A stretch of 64,000 nucleotides of DNA from Patescibacteria group bacterium (GCA_040390045.1 JAZJZC010000002.1:101113-165112); one strand, 5' to 3'; positions 28,169 to 38,228 are shown, counted from the first letter of the stretch. The notes: generated by a model not told the origin, from the sequence alone. A program made the numbers and translations.

Positions 28169-28763
28169 GCCTAAAAAGGGTTTTTCCCTGATTGAGCTTA
28201 TGGTCTCAATTGCCATTTTTACGCTTTTGACAAGCATTGTGATGGTAAGCCAGCAGAAATTTGGTGGTCAGATTTTGATTACCAATCTCGCGTATGATAT
28301 CGCGCTCGGTATTCGCGAAGCTCAGGTGTATGGTATCAGTGTTAAAACTACGACAGGTGGGAAGTTTGATAAAAGTTACGGTATTCATTTTAAAGATCCT
28401 AATTATTATGTTTTGTTTGTGGATAGTAGCCCGGCGAATGGAAAATATGATGGGCCAGATAGTGGCAGTGCCTGTATGGCAGGCGGGGAGTGTCTTAGTT
28501 TTTTTAGAATAGAAAAAGGGAATGCGATTACTCGACTATGTGCCGATAACGAATGTACTGACTCTGGGGCTGGCAATCAAATTTCTGGACTTGACCTTTT
28601 ATTCACAAGACCTGAACCCGATCCAATGATCCATCCGTTGGATAACGCGGGCGCTCAAATGCTCGGTGCGTTTTCCACAGCTCAAGTGACGGTCGCCTCA
28701 CCGCAGGGTCTCACACGAACTATTAATATTTTAAAGAGCGGTCAAGTGTCGGTAGTTAATTAA
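28080..28763 (+). CDS. Minor pilin (FimT/GspH-like) with 34-aa leader
   Basis: KKG|FSLIELMVSIAI; 'IREAQVYG', 'YGIHF'. Confidence 0.88.
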   Translation: MNYELRKQKDKSRKCFPRFFHNSYFLIPNSPKKGFSLIELMVSIAIFTLLTSIVMVSQQKFGGQILITNLAYDIALGIREAQVYGISVKTTTGGKFDKSYGIHFKDPNYYVLFVDSSPANGKYDGPDSGSACMAGGECLSFFRIEKGNAITRLCADNECTDSGAGNQISGLDLLFTRPEPDPMIHPLDNAGAQMLGAFSTAQVTVASPQGLTRTINILKSGQVSVVN

Positions 28764-28768
28764 TTGAC

Positions 28769-29347
28769 ATGAAACTTTCGCTGAAAAATTCAAAAGGCTT
28801 TACCCTCATAGAAATTTTGGTTTCCATCGCGCTTTTTGGTTTTGTGATGCTTGCCACTACGTCAACATTATTGAGTCTTGTTGATGCTAATCACAAAGCA
28901 CAATCAACTAAAACCGCAATCGATAACCTGAGTTTGGCGCTTGAAAGTATGACGAGAAATATTAGAACTGGCACACAATATAACTATGCTGGCGGCCATC
29001 ACTGTTCATCAACGTCGGGTGGAAGCACGGATGGGTATACCGGTATAAGTCTTAAAGACCAGAAAGGTAATGACCTAAGTTATTCTTGGGTTGAGGGGAG
29101 TGACGATATTAAAAAAACCCTTAACAGTAATACCTTCACTATCACCTCTCCAGAAATTACTATAGATCGTTTGTGTTTTTATATTGCGGGAACTAGCGCA
29201 ACTGACGGGACCGGTGAAGAACAGCCGATTGTTTCCGTGACGATTGGCGGAGTAGTCAACAACACGATTGCCGCAGGGGCCAAGCAAAAAACGGTTTCTC
29301 GTTTTGATATTCAAACATTAGTTTCGCAGAGAGTTTTGGATATATAA
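28769..29347 (+). CDS. Minor pilin (PilW/GspJ-like)
   Basis: KG|FTLIEILVSIAL; 'ALESMTRNIRTG'; terminal 'QTLVSQR'. Confidence 0.88.
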   Translation: MKLSLKNSKGFTLIEILVSIALFGFVMLATTSTLLSLVDANHKAQSTKTAIDNLSLALESMTRNIRTGTQYNYAGGHHCSSTSGGSTDGYTGISLKDQKGNDLSYSWVEGSDDIKKTLNSNTFTITSPEITIDRLCFYIAGTSATDGTGEEQPIVSVTIGGVVNNTIAAGAKQKTVSRFDIQTLVSQRVLDI

Positions 29348-29351
29348 TTAT

Positions 29352-29954
29352 ATGACAGTGTTGCAACCAGTAAAAAAAGTTGGGAACCTTCATCATTACA
29401 AAAAGCGTAATGCCGGTTTTACCATCATTGAAACCATTGTGGCGATCGCGATACTCGCTGTGGCCGTGGTTGCGCCACTCTCTCTTGCGCAACGGAGTTT
29501 GAACGCTGATATCTATGCTCGAGATCAAGTTACCGCTTTTTATTTAGCTCAAGAAGCGGTTGAGTATGTTAGAAATATCAGAGATGGTAATGGTTTAAGT
29601 GTCACCCCCTTAACCGGCTGGCTCGATGGGCTCAATGAGTGCACAGGAAATAATTATTGTGGTATTGATCCTTCTAATCGCGAGCCACCGAGTCGCATCA
29701 TCGCCTGTGATCACTTGAGCAACAATGATGGCTGTCAATTAGTTTTTGATTCATCATTAAAAATATACAGAGCAATGGTAGGAGGCGAGACAGCAAGCAG
29801 TCTTTTTCGCAGGGAGCTTCAAATACGACCAGTCGGTAGCCTTTTGCCAAATGACGCGGCTGATATTATTTCGACTGTGACGTGGCAGGTTGGGAGTATT
29901 ACAAAAACCCTTGTAATTAATGCTAGAATTTTTAATTGGTATCAGTCGTCGTAA
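29352..29954 (+). CDS. Minor pilin (PilV-like)
   Basis: AG|FTIIETIVAIAIL; 'AFYLAQEAVEYVRNIRD'; 'FRR', 'VTW'. Confidence 0.88.
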   Translation: MTVLQPVKKVGNLHHYKKRNAGFTIIETIVAIAILAVAVVAPLSLAQRSLNADIYARDQVTAFYLAQEAVEYVRNIRDGNGLSVTPLTGWLDGLNECTGNNYCGIDPSNREPPSRIIACDHLSNNDGCQLVFDSSLKIYRAMVGGETASSLFRRELQIRPVGSLLPNDAADIISTVTWQVGSITKTLVINARIFNWYQSS

Positions 29955-29956
29955 AA

Positions 29957-30068
29957 AACACGGAACATGGAGCACAGAACACAGAACAGAAAAAAAGAAG
30001 GAAAGAGCCGCGCGCTTTGCGCGCGGCCTTTTCCCCATGCTGCATGCTCCATGATTCATGCTCCATGC
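29957..30068. repeat. CATGG/CACAG heptamer inverted-repeat element with central GC hairpin, in prepilin leader
   Basis: AACACGG AACATGG AGCACAG AACACAG; GCCGCGCGC-TTT-GCGCGCGGC; CCATGCT GCATGCT CCATGAT TCATGCT. Confidence 0.85.
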
Positions 30069-30497
30069 CAAAAGGGTTTCGCCCTCTTGTTCGCCGTGCT
30101 CGCCTCAAGCGTTTTTCTCTCAATCGGTATCGCCATCTGGAATATTTCTTTGCGCCAGGTTCTTTTTTCTTCTTTCGGTCGGGAATCACAAGTGGCTTTT
30201 TACGCCGCTGATGCTGGCATTGAGTGTGCACTGTTTTATGACACTAAACATGATTATTTTAATCCCGATGATCCTGCTACTGTAATGAATTGTGGTGGAG
30301 GAGATGTGATGATTGATCCAGATGCCAATCCCGTTTTTACCATATCGGATATTAGGCTCACGGATTCTGATACAGGTCCCTGTGTCGATGTGACAGTTAC
30401 GAAAGATCTCATCACCACGGTGGAAGCTCGAGGGCATAATACTTGCGACACTTTAAGTCCGACACGAGTAGAGCGCGGGTTGAGAGTAACCTACTAA
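29967..30497 (+). CDS. Minor pilin (PilX/GspK-like, lacks E5); start 29967 or 30051
   Basis: KG|FALLFAVL; 'SQVAFYAADAGIECAL'; 'VEARG'. Confidence 0.85.
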   Translation: MEHRTQNRKKEGKSRALCARPFPHAACSMIHAPCQKGFALLFAVLASSVFLSIGIAIWNISLRQVLFSSFGRESQVAFYAADAGIECALFYDTKHDYFNPDDPATVMNCGGGDVMIDPDANPVFTISDIRLTDSDTGPCVDVTVTKDLITTVEARGHNTCDTLSPTRVERGLRVTY

Positions 30498-30502
30498 TCC
30501 CC

Positions 30503-32521
30503 ATGGCTCGCATTCCAGAAGGCATTGTGAAAAGACTCGAAAAGCTTCGAGCGACGATTGAAAAAGAACGCTACGCGTATCACGTTCTTGATAAACCCGA
30601 AATGTCAGAAGCGGCGCTCGACTCGTTGAAGCACGAACTTGTGCAAATTGAAACAGAATATCCGGAACTTATTACTCCTGATTCTCCTTCGCAAAGAGTG
30701 GCGGGGAAGCCCTTGCCGCAATTTACCAAAGTGCGTCACACGGTACCGCAGTGGTCGTACAACGACGCTTTTAGTCCTGAGGAGATGGTTTTGTTTGATG
30801 AGCGGGTGAAGCGTTTTTTAAAAACGGAAACCAAAAAGGACATTTCTCCAACCTACACCTGCGAACATAAAATCGATGGTTTAAAAATTGTGCTTGAATA
30901 TAAAAAAGGACTACTTTTCCGAGCAGCTACGCGAGGAGACGGTACTATCGGTGAGGACGTTACGGAAAATGTTAAAACTATTGAATCGGTGCCACTTCGA
31001 CTCACCGAGTCAGTGGATATTATTGTTGAAGGTGAAGTGTGGATGGCCAAAAGCCAATTGAAAATTTTGAATGATGCGCGGAAAATTGCGGGCGAAGAGC
31101 CGTTCGCCAACCCAAGAAATTTGGCTGCTGGTTCTATTCGCCAGCTCGATCCTGCTGTGGCGGCGTCTCGAAAATTACAGACATTTATTTATGACGTTGC
31201 ACAGTACGAGAAAAAATTACCCGACGGTCAGTCGGCAGAATTGGAATTATTGAAGCGCTTGGGTTTTAAAGTAAATCCATATTACAAACATTGTAAAAAT
31301 ATCTCTGAAGTGGTGGCCTACTGGATGGAATGGCAAAAAAAGATGAACAAAGAGGATTATTTGGCTGATGGGGTGGTGGTGAAAATTGATGAACGGATCT
31401 ACCAGGAAGCACTGGGCTACACCGGCAAAGCGCCGCGATGGGGAATTGCCTTTAAATTTGCTGCAGAGCAAGTGACAACCATCGTAGAAGACATTGTACT
31501 GCAGGTTGGGCGAACGGGAGTTTTGACGCCGGTAGCTCATTTAAAACCTGCGACGGTGGCGGGTTCCTTAGTTTCGCGAGCCACGCTTCACAATGAAGAC
31601 GAAATCAAACGACTCGATGTCAGAATCGGAGATACAGTAATTCTACAAAAAGCCGGGGATGTTATTCCCGACATTGTTTCCGTAGTTACAGATTTACGGA
31701 CTGGGAAAGAAAAACCTTTCAAATGGCCGACCCATGTCGAGGCGTGTGGAGGAGACGGTAGTATCGAAAGAATTCCAGGAGAATCTGCATGGCGCTGTGT
31801 TAATAAAAACTCCTTCCCTCAGGTTAAGCGAAAATTTTATCATTTCGTTTCAAAAAAATGTTTCAATATGGATGGGCTTGGTCCTAAAATAATTGACGTG
31901 CTTTTAGAAAATAATTTAATCGCCACCTTCGATGATATTTTTAAATTGAAGCGCACTGACCTTTTGGCGCTGCCGCGATTTGCTGAAAAATCAGTCGATA
32001 ATTTGCTTGAAACAATAGAACATTCACGAAAGGTGACCCTGCCGAGATTTTTGGCGTCACTTTCGATTCCGCAGGTTGGTGAAGAAACCGCCTATGACTT
32101 AGCCAATCATTTTTTCAGTCTAAAGGCAGTTTCAAAAGCCACATTTTCTGAGCTTGAAGTCATCAATGGTGTTGGGCCAGTTGTCGCGCAGTCTTTGGTG
32201 GATTGGTTTAAAGAAAAAAATAATCGCGCGCTAATCAGTAGATTAGAGTCCCAGGTAGTTATTGAAAAAGTGGTAAAGCCTGACGTTTCAAAATTGCCGC
32301 TTTCTGGAAAATCTTTTGTCTTGACTGGAACACTCGCCTCAATGAGTCGTGATGAAGCGGGGCAAAAAATCCGCGCGCTTGGAGGAGAGGTTTCAAGTTC
32401 GGTCTCAAAAGCTACCAGTTTCTTGGTCGCAGGGGAAAGCGCTGGTTCGAAATTGGATAAAGCTCAAACTCTCGGTGTTTCAGTTTTGAGCGAGGAACAG
32501 TTTTTGAAAATGTTAAAATAA
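30503..32521 (+). CDS. ligA: NAD-dependent DNA ligase
   Basis: EHKIDG, ATRGDG, NPRN, VGRTG, KAGDVIP, HhH repeats, BRCT (GSKLDKA). Confidence 0.97.
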   Translation: MARIPEGIVKRLEKLRATIEKERYAYHVLDKPEMSEAALDSLKHELVQIETEYPELITPDSPSQRVAGKPLPQFTKVRHTVPQWSYNDAFSPEEMVLFDERVKRFLKTETKKDISPTYTCEHKIDGLKIVLEYKKGLLFRAATRGDGTIGEDVTENVKTIESVPLRLTESVDIIVEGEVWMAKSQLKILNDARKIAGEEPFANPRNLAAGSIRQLDPAVAASRKLQTFIYDVAQYEKKLPDGQSAELELLKRLGFKVNPYYKHCKNISEVVAYWMEWQKKMNKEDYLADGVVVKIDERIYQEALGYTGKAPRWGIAFKFAAEQVTTIVEDIVLQVGRTGVLTPVAHLKPATVAGSLVSRATLHNEDEIKRLDVRIGDTVILQKAGDVIPDIVSVVTDLRTGKEKPFKWPTHVEACGGDGSIERIPGESAWRCVNKNSFPQVKRKFYHFVSKKCFNMDGLGPKIIDVLLENNLIATFDDIFKLKRTDLLALPRFAEKSVDNLLETIEHSRKVTLPRFLASLSIPQVGEETAYDLANHFFSLKAVSKATFSELEVINGVGPVVAQSLVDWFKEKNNRALISRLESQVVIEKVVKPDVSKLPLSGKSFVLTGTLASMSRDEAGQKIRALGGEVSSSVSKATSFLVAGESAGSKLDKAQTLGVSVLSEEQFLKMLK

Positions 32522-32524
32522 TTA

Positions 32525-33202
32525 TTAAAAACTCATTTGTTGAACCCGGTATTCAGACAGAGGGATTACGCGGCCGTCCTTTTTTAGTTCAATATTATTC
32601 CATAATACAAACATTTCGTCTGTTGGATAGGATTTAGCGGCACTTTCTCCTGGTGCACCAGTCCACGGATCAAAATTATTAAAATCTTGTGTAAAAATTG
32701 ACGCTAAACTAATTTTTTTACCATCGTTGGCAACAAGATATAGTTCTACATTTTCTGATCCAACGTCTTTTTTAGACTCTAAGATTGAATATGTATTTAA
32801 GTCTATGCTCGTGATAAGAGAACCATCTAATTTACAGCACTCGAGAATACGATTATTATCCTTAGAAAAATAACCATTTCTAAAATAACCGTATGTATTC
32901 AAAATTTTTGATCTGATCAAAAATCCAACATACGCGATGACGACAACAGAACCAATAAACCCGTAATAAACGGCCGGTAGAATAAACAGTAATGCTAGGA
33001 TACCCCGCAAAGTTTCATTCATTAATCCGCCCAACCATCCGCCAAAAGCAGCACTCAGAACAACAAGAAGGCAAAATAATATTAAACAAACTATTGAAAT
33101 AAAAGTAAGGATAACAGCACATACTACTGTTTTTAAAGTTGTTGTTCTTTGGGCAATATAAACCGTGTTGTTATTTCGAGTGTCAAAATTTAGGGACAAC
33201 AT
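32525..33202 (-). CDS. Hypothetical membrane protein (AT-rich)
   Basis: 225-aa ORF with two TM segments. Confidence 0.65.
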   Translation of the reverse strand: MLSLNFDTRNNNTVYIAQRTTTLKTVVCAVILTFISIVCLILFCLLVVLSAAFGGWLGGLMNETLRGILALLFILPAVYYGFIGSVVVIAYVGFLIRSKILNTYGYFRNGYFSKDNNRILECCKLDGSLITSIDLNTYSILESKKDVGSENVELYLVANDGKKISLASIFTQDFNNFDPWTGAPGESAAKSYPTDEMFVLWNNIELKKDGRVIPLSEYRVQQMSF

Positions 33203-33278
33203 ACTTTATAATACTATCACGAAAATAAGGTAAAGAAATTATATTAACCAATTTTTGGTTTTGTGTTACCATTGAGCC

Positions 33279-33563
33279 ATGATCAGCATTAAAGAAATTG
33301 AAAAATTGGCTGAGTTGAGCCGGCTTCAGTTGTCAGAAGAGGAAAAACAAGCTTTTCAGAAAGACCTCGAATCTATTTTGGGGTACATAGATCAGATTCA
33401 GAAAGTTTCCGCTGATTTGTCGAGCGAAAAAAAAGCTGGCGTCATTCACAATGTGTTACGCGATGACACTGCTCCGTATGCGAGTGGCATGTATACCGAA
33501 ATTTTGATTTCCGCCGCACCAAAAAGGGAAAGTAACTATCTCAAAGTAAAGAAGATACTTTGA
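33279..33563 (+). CDS. gatC: Asp/Glu-tRNA amidotransferase subunit C
   Basis: LAELSRL, ILGYIDQI, NVLRDD, AP...YLKV; precedes gatA. Confidence 0.92.
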   Translation: MISIKEIEKLAELSRLQLSEEEKQAFQKDLESILGYIDQIQKVSADLSSEKKAGVIHNVLRDDTAPYASGMYTEILISAAPKRESNYLKVKKIL

Positions 33564-33566
33564 GAT

Positions 33567-33681
33567 AAATTCGAAGCACTAAGCACGAAATTCGAAACAA
33601 ACCTTTAAATTTCAATGTTTAAAATTTCAAAAATTAGAACTTAGATATTGTTTCGAATTTCGATATTCGTATTTCGTGCTT
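33567..33681. repeat. AAGCACG/AAATTCG heptamer inverted-repeat element between gatC and gatA
   Basis: AAATTCG AAGCACT AAGCACG AAATTCG AAACAA ... TTGTTT CGAATTT CGATATT CGTATTT CGTGCTT. Confidence 0.85.
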
Positions 33682-33695
33682 AACATTTGTTTCAT

Positions 33696-35123
33696 ATGAT
33701 CGATTTAAAAAATCTTACAATCACCAAAGCTCACAACTCCTTGATGAAAGGAGAATTTACTGCTGTGGAATTAGCGACCGCTTACCTCGAAGAAATTACT
33801 TTAAAAAATAAGGAGCTCAACGCCTACATCGAAGTCTATGGCGATGTTTTGTCCCAGGCTGAGGCCGCGGATAAAAAAATTAAAGATGGTAGCGCTACTA
33901 CTTTGACAGGAATTCCAATTGCGCTTAAAGATAATATTTTAATTCAGGGCAAACATGCGAGCGCGTCTTCAGGCATTTTGGAAAATTATGTAGCAAGTTA
34001 CGATGCGACAGTTATCACCAAATTAAAAGCGGCCGGCGCGGTATTTTTGGGACGAACCAATATGGATGATGCCGCCATGGGTAGTTCAACGGAAACTTCT
34101 TTTTATGGAACCTCGCGAAATCCTCACGACACTTCGCGCGTGCCAGGAGGTTCAAGTGGTGGCTCGGCAGCGGTGGTTGCCGCTAATTTGGCACTCGTGG
34201 CTTTAGGGTCAGACACGGGCGGTTCGATTCGCCAGCCAGCCGCTTTTTGCGGTTTGGTGGGACTTAAGCCAACCTACGGATCAGTTTCAAGAAGTGGTTT
34301 GATCGCTATGGCTTCGTCACTCGATGTCATTGGTCCAATTACTAAAAATGTTGAGGATGCAAAAATACTTTTTGATTGTATCAAGGGAAAAGATTCTCTA
34401 GACAGCACTTCATGGGATTTACCAAAATTGCCAGACATTTCAAAAGCTGGAAAGAAATTTGTTATCGGTGTGCCGAGAGCCTTTACCGAAAGTGAGGGCA
34501 TTGATCAAAGTGTGACGGATAATTTCAAAGTCTCAATTGAAAAATTAAAAAGTCTTGGGCATACCATTACAGATATCGTTCTGCCAAATATTGCTGCTTC
34601 ACTCGCGGTCTATTATGTGTTGATGCCCGCTGAAGCTTCAACCAATCTTTCGCGTTTTGATGGTATTAAATACGGCTTGTATATTCCCGGAAATAATTTA
34701 CTCGAGGACTACAAACTTTCAAGAGGTAAGGGCTTCGGTCGCGAAGTGCGTCGCAGAATTTTGCTCGGCGCCTACGTGCTTTCTTCCGGATACTACGATG
34801 CGTACTACAATAAGGCGATTGCGGTGCGAGATGTCATCACTCGAGATTTTGAAAAAGCCTTTGAAGAAGTTGATTTTGTTGTGACGCCAACCACCCCCTC
34901 ATATGCGTTTAAAATCGGTGAAAAATCGAGCGACCCACTCTCAATGTATCTTGCGGATATTTTTACCGTGAGCGCCAACATCGCCAGTATCCCTGCTATT
35001 TCCGTACCGTCGGGTTTTGTTGAAGTTTCTGGTAAAAAATTGCCGCTGGGCTTTCAGTTCATGGCCAAAGCAGGTGAGGAATCTTCACTTTTTTCAATCT
35101 GCAGTGATTTTTGTGGAGAATAA
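33696..35123 (+). CDS. gatA: Asp/Glu-tRNA amidotransferase subunit A
   Basis: Amidase signature GGSSGGSAA, GSDTGGSIRQPA, RRILLG..LSSGYYDAYY. Confidence 0.97.
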   Translation: MIDLKNLTITKAHNSLMKGEFTAVELATAYLEEITLKNKELNAYIEVYGDVLSQAEAADKKIKDGSATTLTGIPIALKDNILIQGKHASASSGILENYVASYDATVITKLKAAGAVFLGRTNMDDAAMGSSTETSFYGTSRNPHDTSRVPGGSSGGSAAVVAANLALVALGSDTGGSIRQPAAFCGLVGLKPTYGSVSRSGLIAMASSLDVIGPITKNVEDAKILFDCIKGKDSLDSTSWDLPKLPDISKAGKKFVIGVPRAFTESEGIDQSVTDNFKVSIEKLKSLGHTITDIVLPNIAASLAVYYVLMPAEASTNLSRFDGIKYGLYIPGNNLLEDYKLSRGKGFGREVRRRILLGAYVLSSGYYDAYYNKAIAVRDVITRDFEKAFEEVDFVVTPTTPSYAFKIGEKSSDPLSMYLADIFTVSANIASIPAISVPSGFVEVSGKKLPLGFQFMAKAGEESSLFSICSDFCGE

Positions 35124-35141
35124 TTTTAAGTTTAAAAATAT

Positions 35142-35771
35142 ATGTCATCAGAAGTAAATTTTTCACTAACCGGCCTCTATCAGCTAATCTACAATCTTTT
35201 ATCTGGAAAATATTTTGCCGATGGTGGCACGTTGCTGTCACTGTTCCACTCATTTCTAATTTTTATTCGCCCATTTTCTATTTTGTTGACCCTGCTTTTT
35301 TTGACCGGAATTATTTATTGCATCATTCGCACGGGAGAGGTGCTTAATGAAATTAAACACGGAAGCGGTCACGGACACGGAGCTGCTCACGGAGGAGGAC
35401 ACGCTCACGCCGCTCCAAGCGCCGCCGCGCATCACGACCATAGTTCAGAAAATAAGGAAAATCCTCGTTGGGAAAAAATTACTCACCATATCAATTCCAC
35501 CAATCCAAGCGACTGGCGGTTGGCCATTCTTGAGTGCGACATTATTCTCGACGAAATGCTGACCAAGATGGGATATCATGGAGATACTTTGGCTGATAGG
35601 TTGAAGGGGGTAGAGAAAAGTGATTTCCTCACAATCGATCAGGCGTGGGAGGCGCACCGGGTTCGAAATGCTATTGCGCACGATGGTAGTAATTTCCAAA
35701 TTACGGATAGGGAGGCGAAAAGGGTTGTTGGATTGTATGAGATGGTGTTCAAAGAATTTAAGTATATCTAA
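35142..35771 (+). CDS. Membrane-anchored protein with His-rich linker and HEPN-like RNxxAH domain
   Basis: TM helix, HGSGHGHGAAHGGGHAH, WRLAILECD, AWEAHRVRNAIAH. Confidence 0.7.
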   Translation: MSSEVNFSLTGLYQLIYNLLSGKYFADGGTLLSLFHSFLIFIRPFSILLTLLFLTGIIYCIIRTGEVLNEIKHGSGHGHGAAHGGGHAHAAPSAAAHHDHSSENKENPRWEKITHHINSTNPSDWRLAILECDIILDEMLTKMGYHGDTLADRLKGVEKSDFLTIDQAWEAHRVRNAIAHDGSNFQITDREAKRVVGLYEMVFKEFKYI

Positions 35772-35773
35772 TA

Positions 35774-35896
35774 TTTCAATACGAAAATACGAATTATATA
35801 TACGAACATACGAAATAATACGAAAACTATTCTGGTGTTACTGAAATTTTCGTATCGTTTCGTATTTTCGTTAGTCCGCATTTCGTATCGAAGGAC
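35774..35896. repeat. TACGAA/TTCGTA inverted-repeat element, copy 3
   Basis: Same termini as copy 1 (TTTCAATACGAAAATACGAA; 39-bp identical right end). Confidence 0.9.
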
Positions 35897-35945
35897 GAGA
35901 CCAAAAAAGTTGATTTTTTAATGGGGAAGTGTATACTGTGGCCTT

Positions 35946-36641
35946 ATGAAAACGCCGATTATATTAGAAGTTTCTCCACGACAACCAAAGGAAAAATTGG
36001 CTGATCTTCGCAGTTCTGGCAAGATGCCAGCGGTTTATTATGGAAAAAAGCAGGCCTCAACTCCTGTATCTGTTTCTTTGGTGGAATTTATGAAAGTTTT
36101 TAAAAAAGCTGGAGAGTCAACTGTTGTGACTTTGAAAACCAAGGAAGGCGAACTCGATTCTCTCATCTATGATGTCGATCGCGATCCATTATCTGACAGC
36201 CCACGACATGCTGATTTTTACGTATTCGAAAAGGGTCAGAAAATTAAAATTAAAATTCCTCTTGAGTTTACCGGAGTGGCTCCTGCAGTCAAAGATCTCG
36301 GTGGAGTTTTGGTGAAAGTGCTTCGTGAAATAGAAATTGAAGCGTCTCCAAAAGATTTACCATCAGTGCTTCATGTTGATGTGAGCACTCTTGTTAATTT
36401 TGAAAGTCAGGCATTGGCCAAAGATATCATTCTTCCAGAAGGTGTAGTTCTCGTTGAGAAACCGGAAGAAGTGGTGGCTTCTGTCTACGAACCAAAAGAA
36501 GAAGTGGTGGAGGTTGCTCCAGTCGATCTCTCGAAGATTGAAGTGGTAGCTAAAGGAAAAGAAGTGAAGGAGGGTGAAGAAGGTGCAGAGGCCGCTGCCG
36601 CTCCAGAAAAAGCTCCTGAAAAAAAGGCTGATAAAAAGTAA
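35946..36641 (+). CDS. rplY: 50S ribosomal protein L25/Ctc
   Basis: LR..GKMPAVYYG, HADFY, GVAPAVKDLGG, LP; acidic tail. Confidence 0.93.
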   Translation: MKTPIILEVSPRQPKEKLADLRSSGKMPAVYYGKKQASTPVSVSLVEFMKVFKKAGESTVVTLKTKEGELDSLIYDVDRDPLSDSPRHADFYVFEKGQKIKIKIPLEFTGVAPAVKDLGGVLVKVLREIEIEASPKDLPSVLHVDVSTLVNFESQALAKDIILPEGVVLVEKPEEVVASVYEPKEEVVEVAPVDLSKIEVVAKGKEVKEGEEGAEAAAAPEKAPEKKADKK

Positions 36642-36662
36642 CTTTACATTTAGAATCTTAAG

Positions 36663-36706
36663 AAAAAACCCATCCGATTCGCCGCGGCGAATCGGATGGG
36701 TTTTTT
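36663..36706 (+). terminator. Terminator, perfect 44-bp palindrome
   Basis: AAAAAACCCATCCGATTCGCCG|CGGCGAATCGGATGGGTTTTTT. Confidence 0.8.
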
Positions 36707-36776
36707 TCGATACAAGCTTCATCTCAACTTTTGTAGTAGAATTAAGCTATGCCTAGATAGGAGGTTGGCGTTTTTC

Positions 36777-38135
36777 ATGGCTAAAAATTTAAAAATCATC
36801 ATCTTTTTGAGTCTTTTTGTGAGCGTTTTAATGCTCGGCCATTTTACGTGGGCCCAAACTGCTACTGACGACGCTGTGGCCAAACGCCAGGCCGCGCTTC
36901 AAGCAGAGTTGGATAAAACCCAAAAAGATATTGACTACTGGGCAAATATTTTGGCCGGCAAGCAAAAAGAAACCGCCTCAATTTCCCGAGATATTTCTAT
37001 ATTAAATGCAAAAATTGCCGAGGCTAACGCGCTCATTAAAAAGAAAAATATTATAGCTCAGCAACTCGGGAAGGATATAACCGCGAAAGTTGCCACCATT
37101 GAAACACTCGATCAAAAAATGGAAAGGCAGAAGTCTGCTTTAGCAGAACTTATCCGAAAAACCAATGAGGTCGAGAGCTATTCAGTGGGTGAGCTGGTGT
37201 TGAGTGGCAAACCGCTTTCCGATTTTTTTGTGGACTTGGAAGCTTCTGGTTTTATTACCGAATCACTCAATTCTGCACTCGCGCTTGTGCGTGAGACTCG
37301 TATTGAAACAGAAGCGGAGAAAGAGGATTTGAGTAAAAAACAAGCGGCGGAAATTGACGCGCGTAAAGCGGCAGAAGCCGAGCAGAGATTGGTGAAGAAA
37401 AACGAAGAGCAAAAAAAACAACTGTTGGCTGTTAACAAAAATCAAGAAAAAGCCTACCAGAGTATTTTATCTGAACGGCAAAAAGCGGCGGCAAAAATTA
37501 GGTCAGCGTTGTTTGCACTTCGTGATAGTGCCTCGATTCCTTTCGGCACAGCCTATAACTATGCGTTGGAAGTTCAAAAAGTAACCGGCGTGCGCCCAGC
37601 ATTTTTGCTCGCCATTCTAACTCAAGAAACTAATCTTGGTGAAAACGTTGGGCAGTGCCTCGTTACCAATTTGGTTACTGGAGATGGCGTCGGTAAAAAT
37701 ACAGGAACAGTTTTTAAAGGCATCATGAAGCCGACCAGAGACTTAGCGCCGTTTATTAATTTGGCCAGTCGTCTTGGTTTTGATCCTGCTTCTCAGCCAG
37801 TATCTTGTCCTCAGGGCGGAGGGTACGGCGGAGCTATGGGGCCTTCACAATTTATTCCTTCGACATGGGTTGGATACGAAAAAAGAATTGCTGCAGCGAC
37901 TGGTGTGGCAATTCCAAATCCGTGGATAGCTCACGATGCGTTTTTTGCTTCAGCTTTGTATTTGGCTGATCTGGGTGCTGGAGCAGGGGGCTATTCAGCT
38001 GAATCTGCCGCTGCGGCAAAATATTATGCAGGAAGTAATTGGAAAAAAACTGCCGGGCAAAATTATGCTTCGAGCGTCATGGGACACGCTCAAAATATTC
38101 AGGAGAATATGATTGATCCGTTGCAGAATCTTTAG
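36777..38135 (+). CDS. Secreted coiled-coil protein with C-terminal lytic transglycosylase-like domain
   Basis: Signal peptide, long PcsB/CwlO-like coiled coil, AILTQET, GGAMGPSQFIPSTW, NPW. Confidence 0.8.
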   Translation: MAKNLKIIIFLSLFVSVLMLGHFTWAQTATDDAVAKRQAALQAELDKTQKDIDYWANILAGKQKETASISRDISILNAKIAEANALIKKKNIIAQQLGKDITAKVATIETLDQKMERQKSALAELIRKTNEVESYSVGELVLSGKPLSDFFVDLEASGFITESLNSALALVRETRIETEAEKEDLSKKQAAEIDARKAAEAEQRLVKKNEEQKKQLLAVNKNQEKAYQSILSERQKAAAKIRSALFALRDSASIPFGTAYNYALEVQKVTGVRPAFLLAILTQETNLGENVGQCLVTNLVTGDGVGKNTGTVFKGIMKPTRDLAPFINLASRLGFDPASQPVSCPQGGGYGGAMGPSQFIPSTWVGYEKRIAAATGVAIPNPWIAHDAFFASALYLADLGAGAGGYSAESAAAAKYYAGSNWKKTAGQNYASSVMGHAQNIQENMIDPLQNL

Positions 38136-38139
38136 GATA

Positions 38140-38171
38140 GATTTAAGATTCACGATTCAAGATTTAAGAAT
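38140..38171 (+). repeat. Solo GATTTAA heptamer arm after stop codon
   Basis: GATTTAA GATTCAC GATTCAA GATTTAA GAAT. Confidence 0.8.
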
Positions 38172-38185
38172 GGGAAAAGAAAAAA

Positions 38186-38220
38186 GCGGCGCGCATAAGC
38201 GTAACCCTTATGCGCGCCGC
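38186..38220. terminator. Stem-loop between convergent genes
   Basis: GCGGCGCGCATAAG/CTTATGCGCGCCGC. Confidence 0.75.
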
Positions 38221-38228
38221 AGTTGCTC

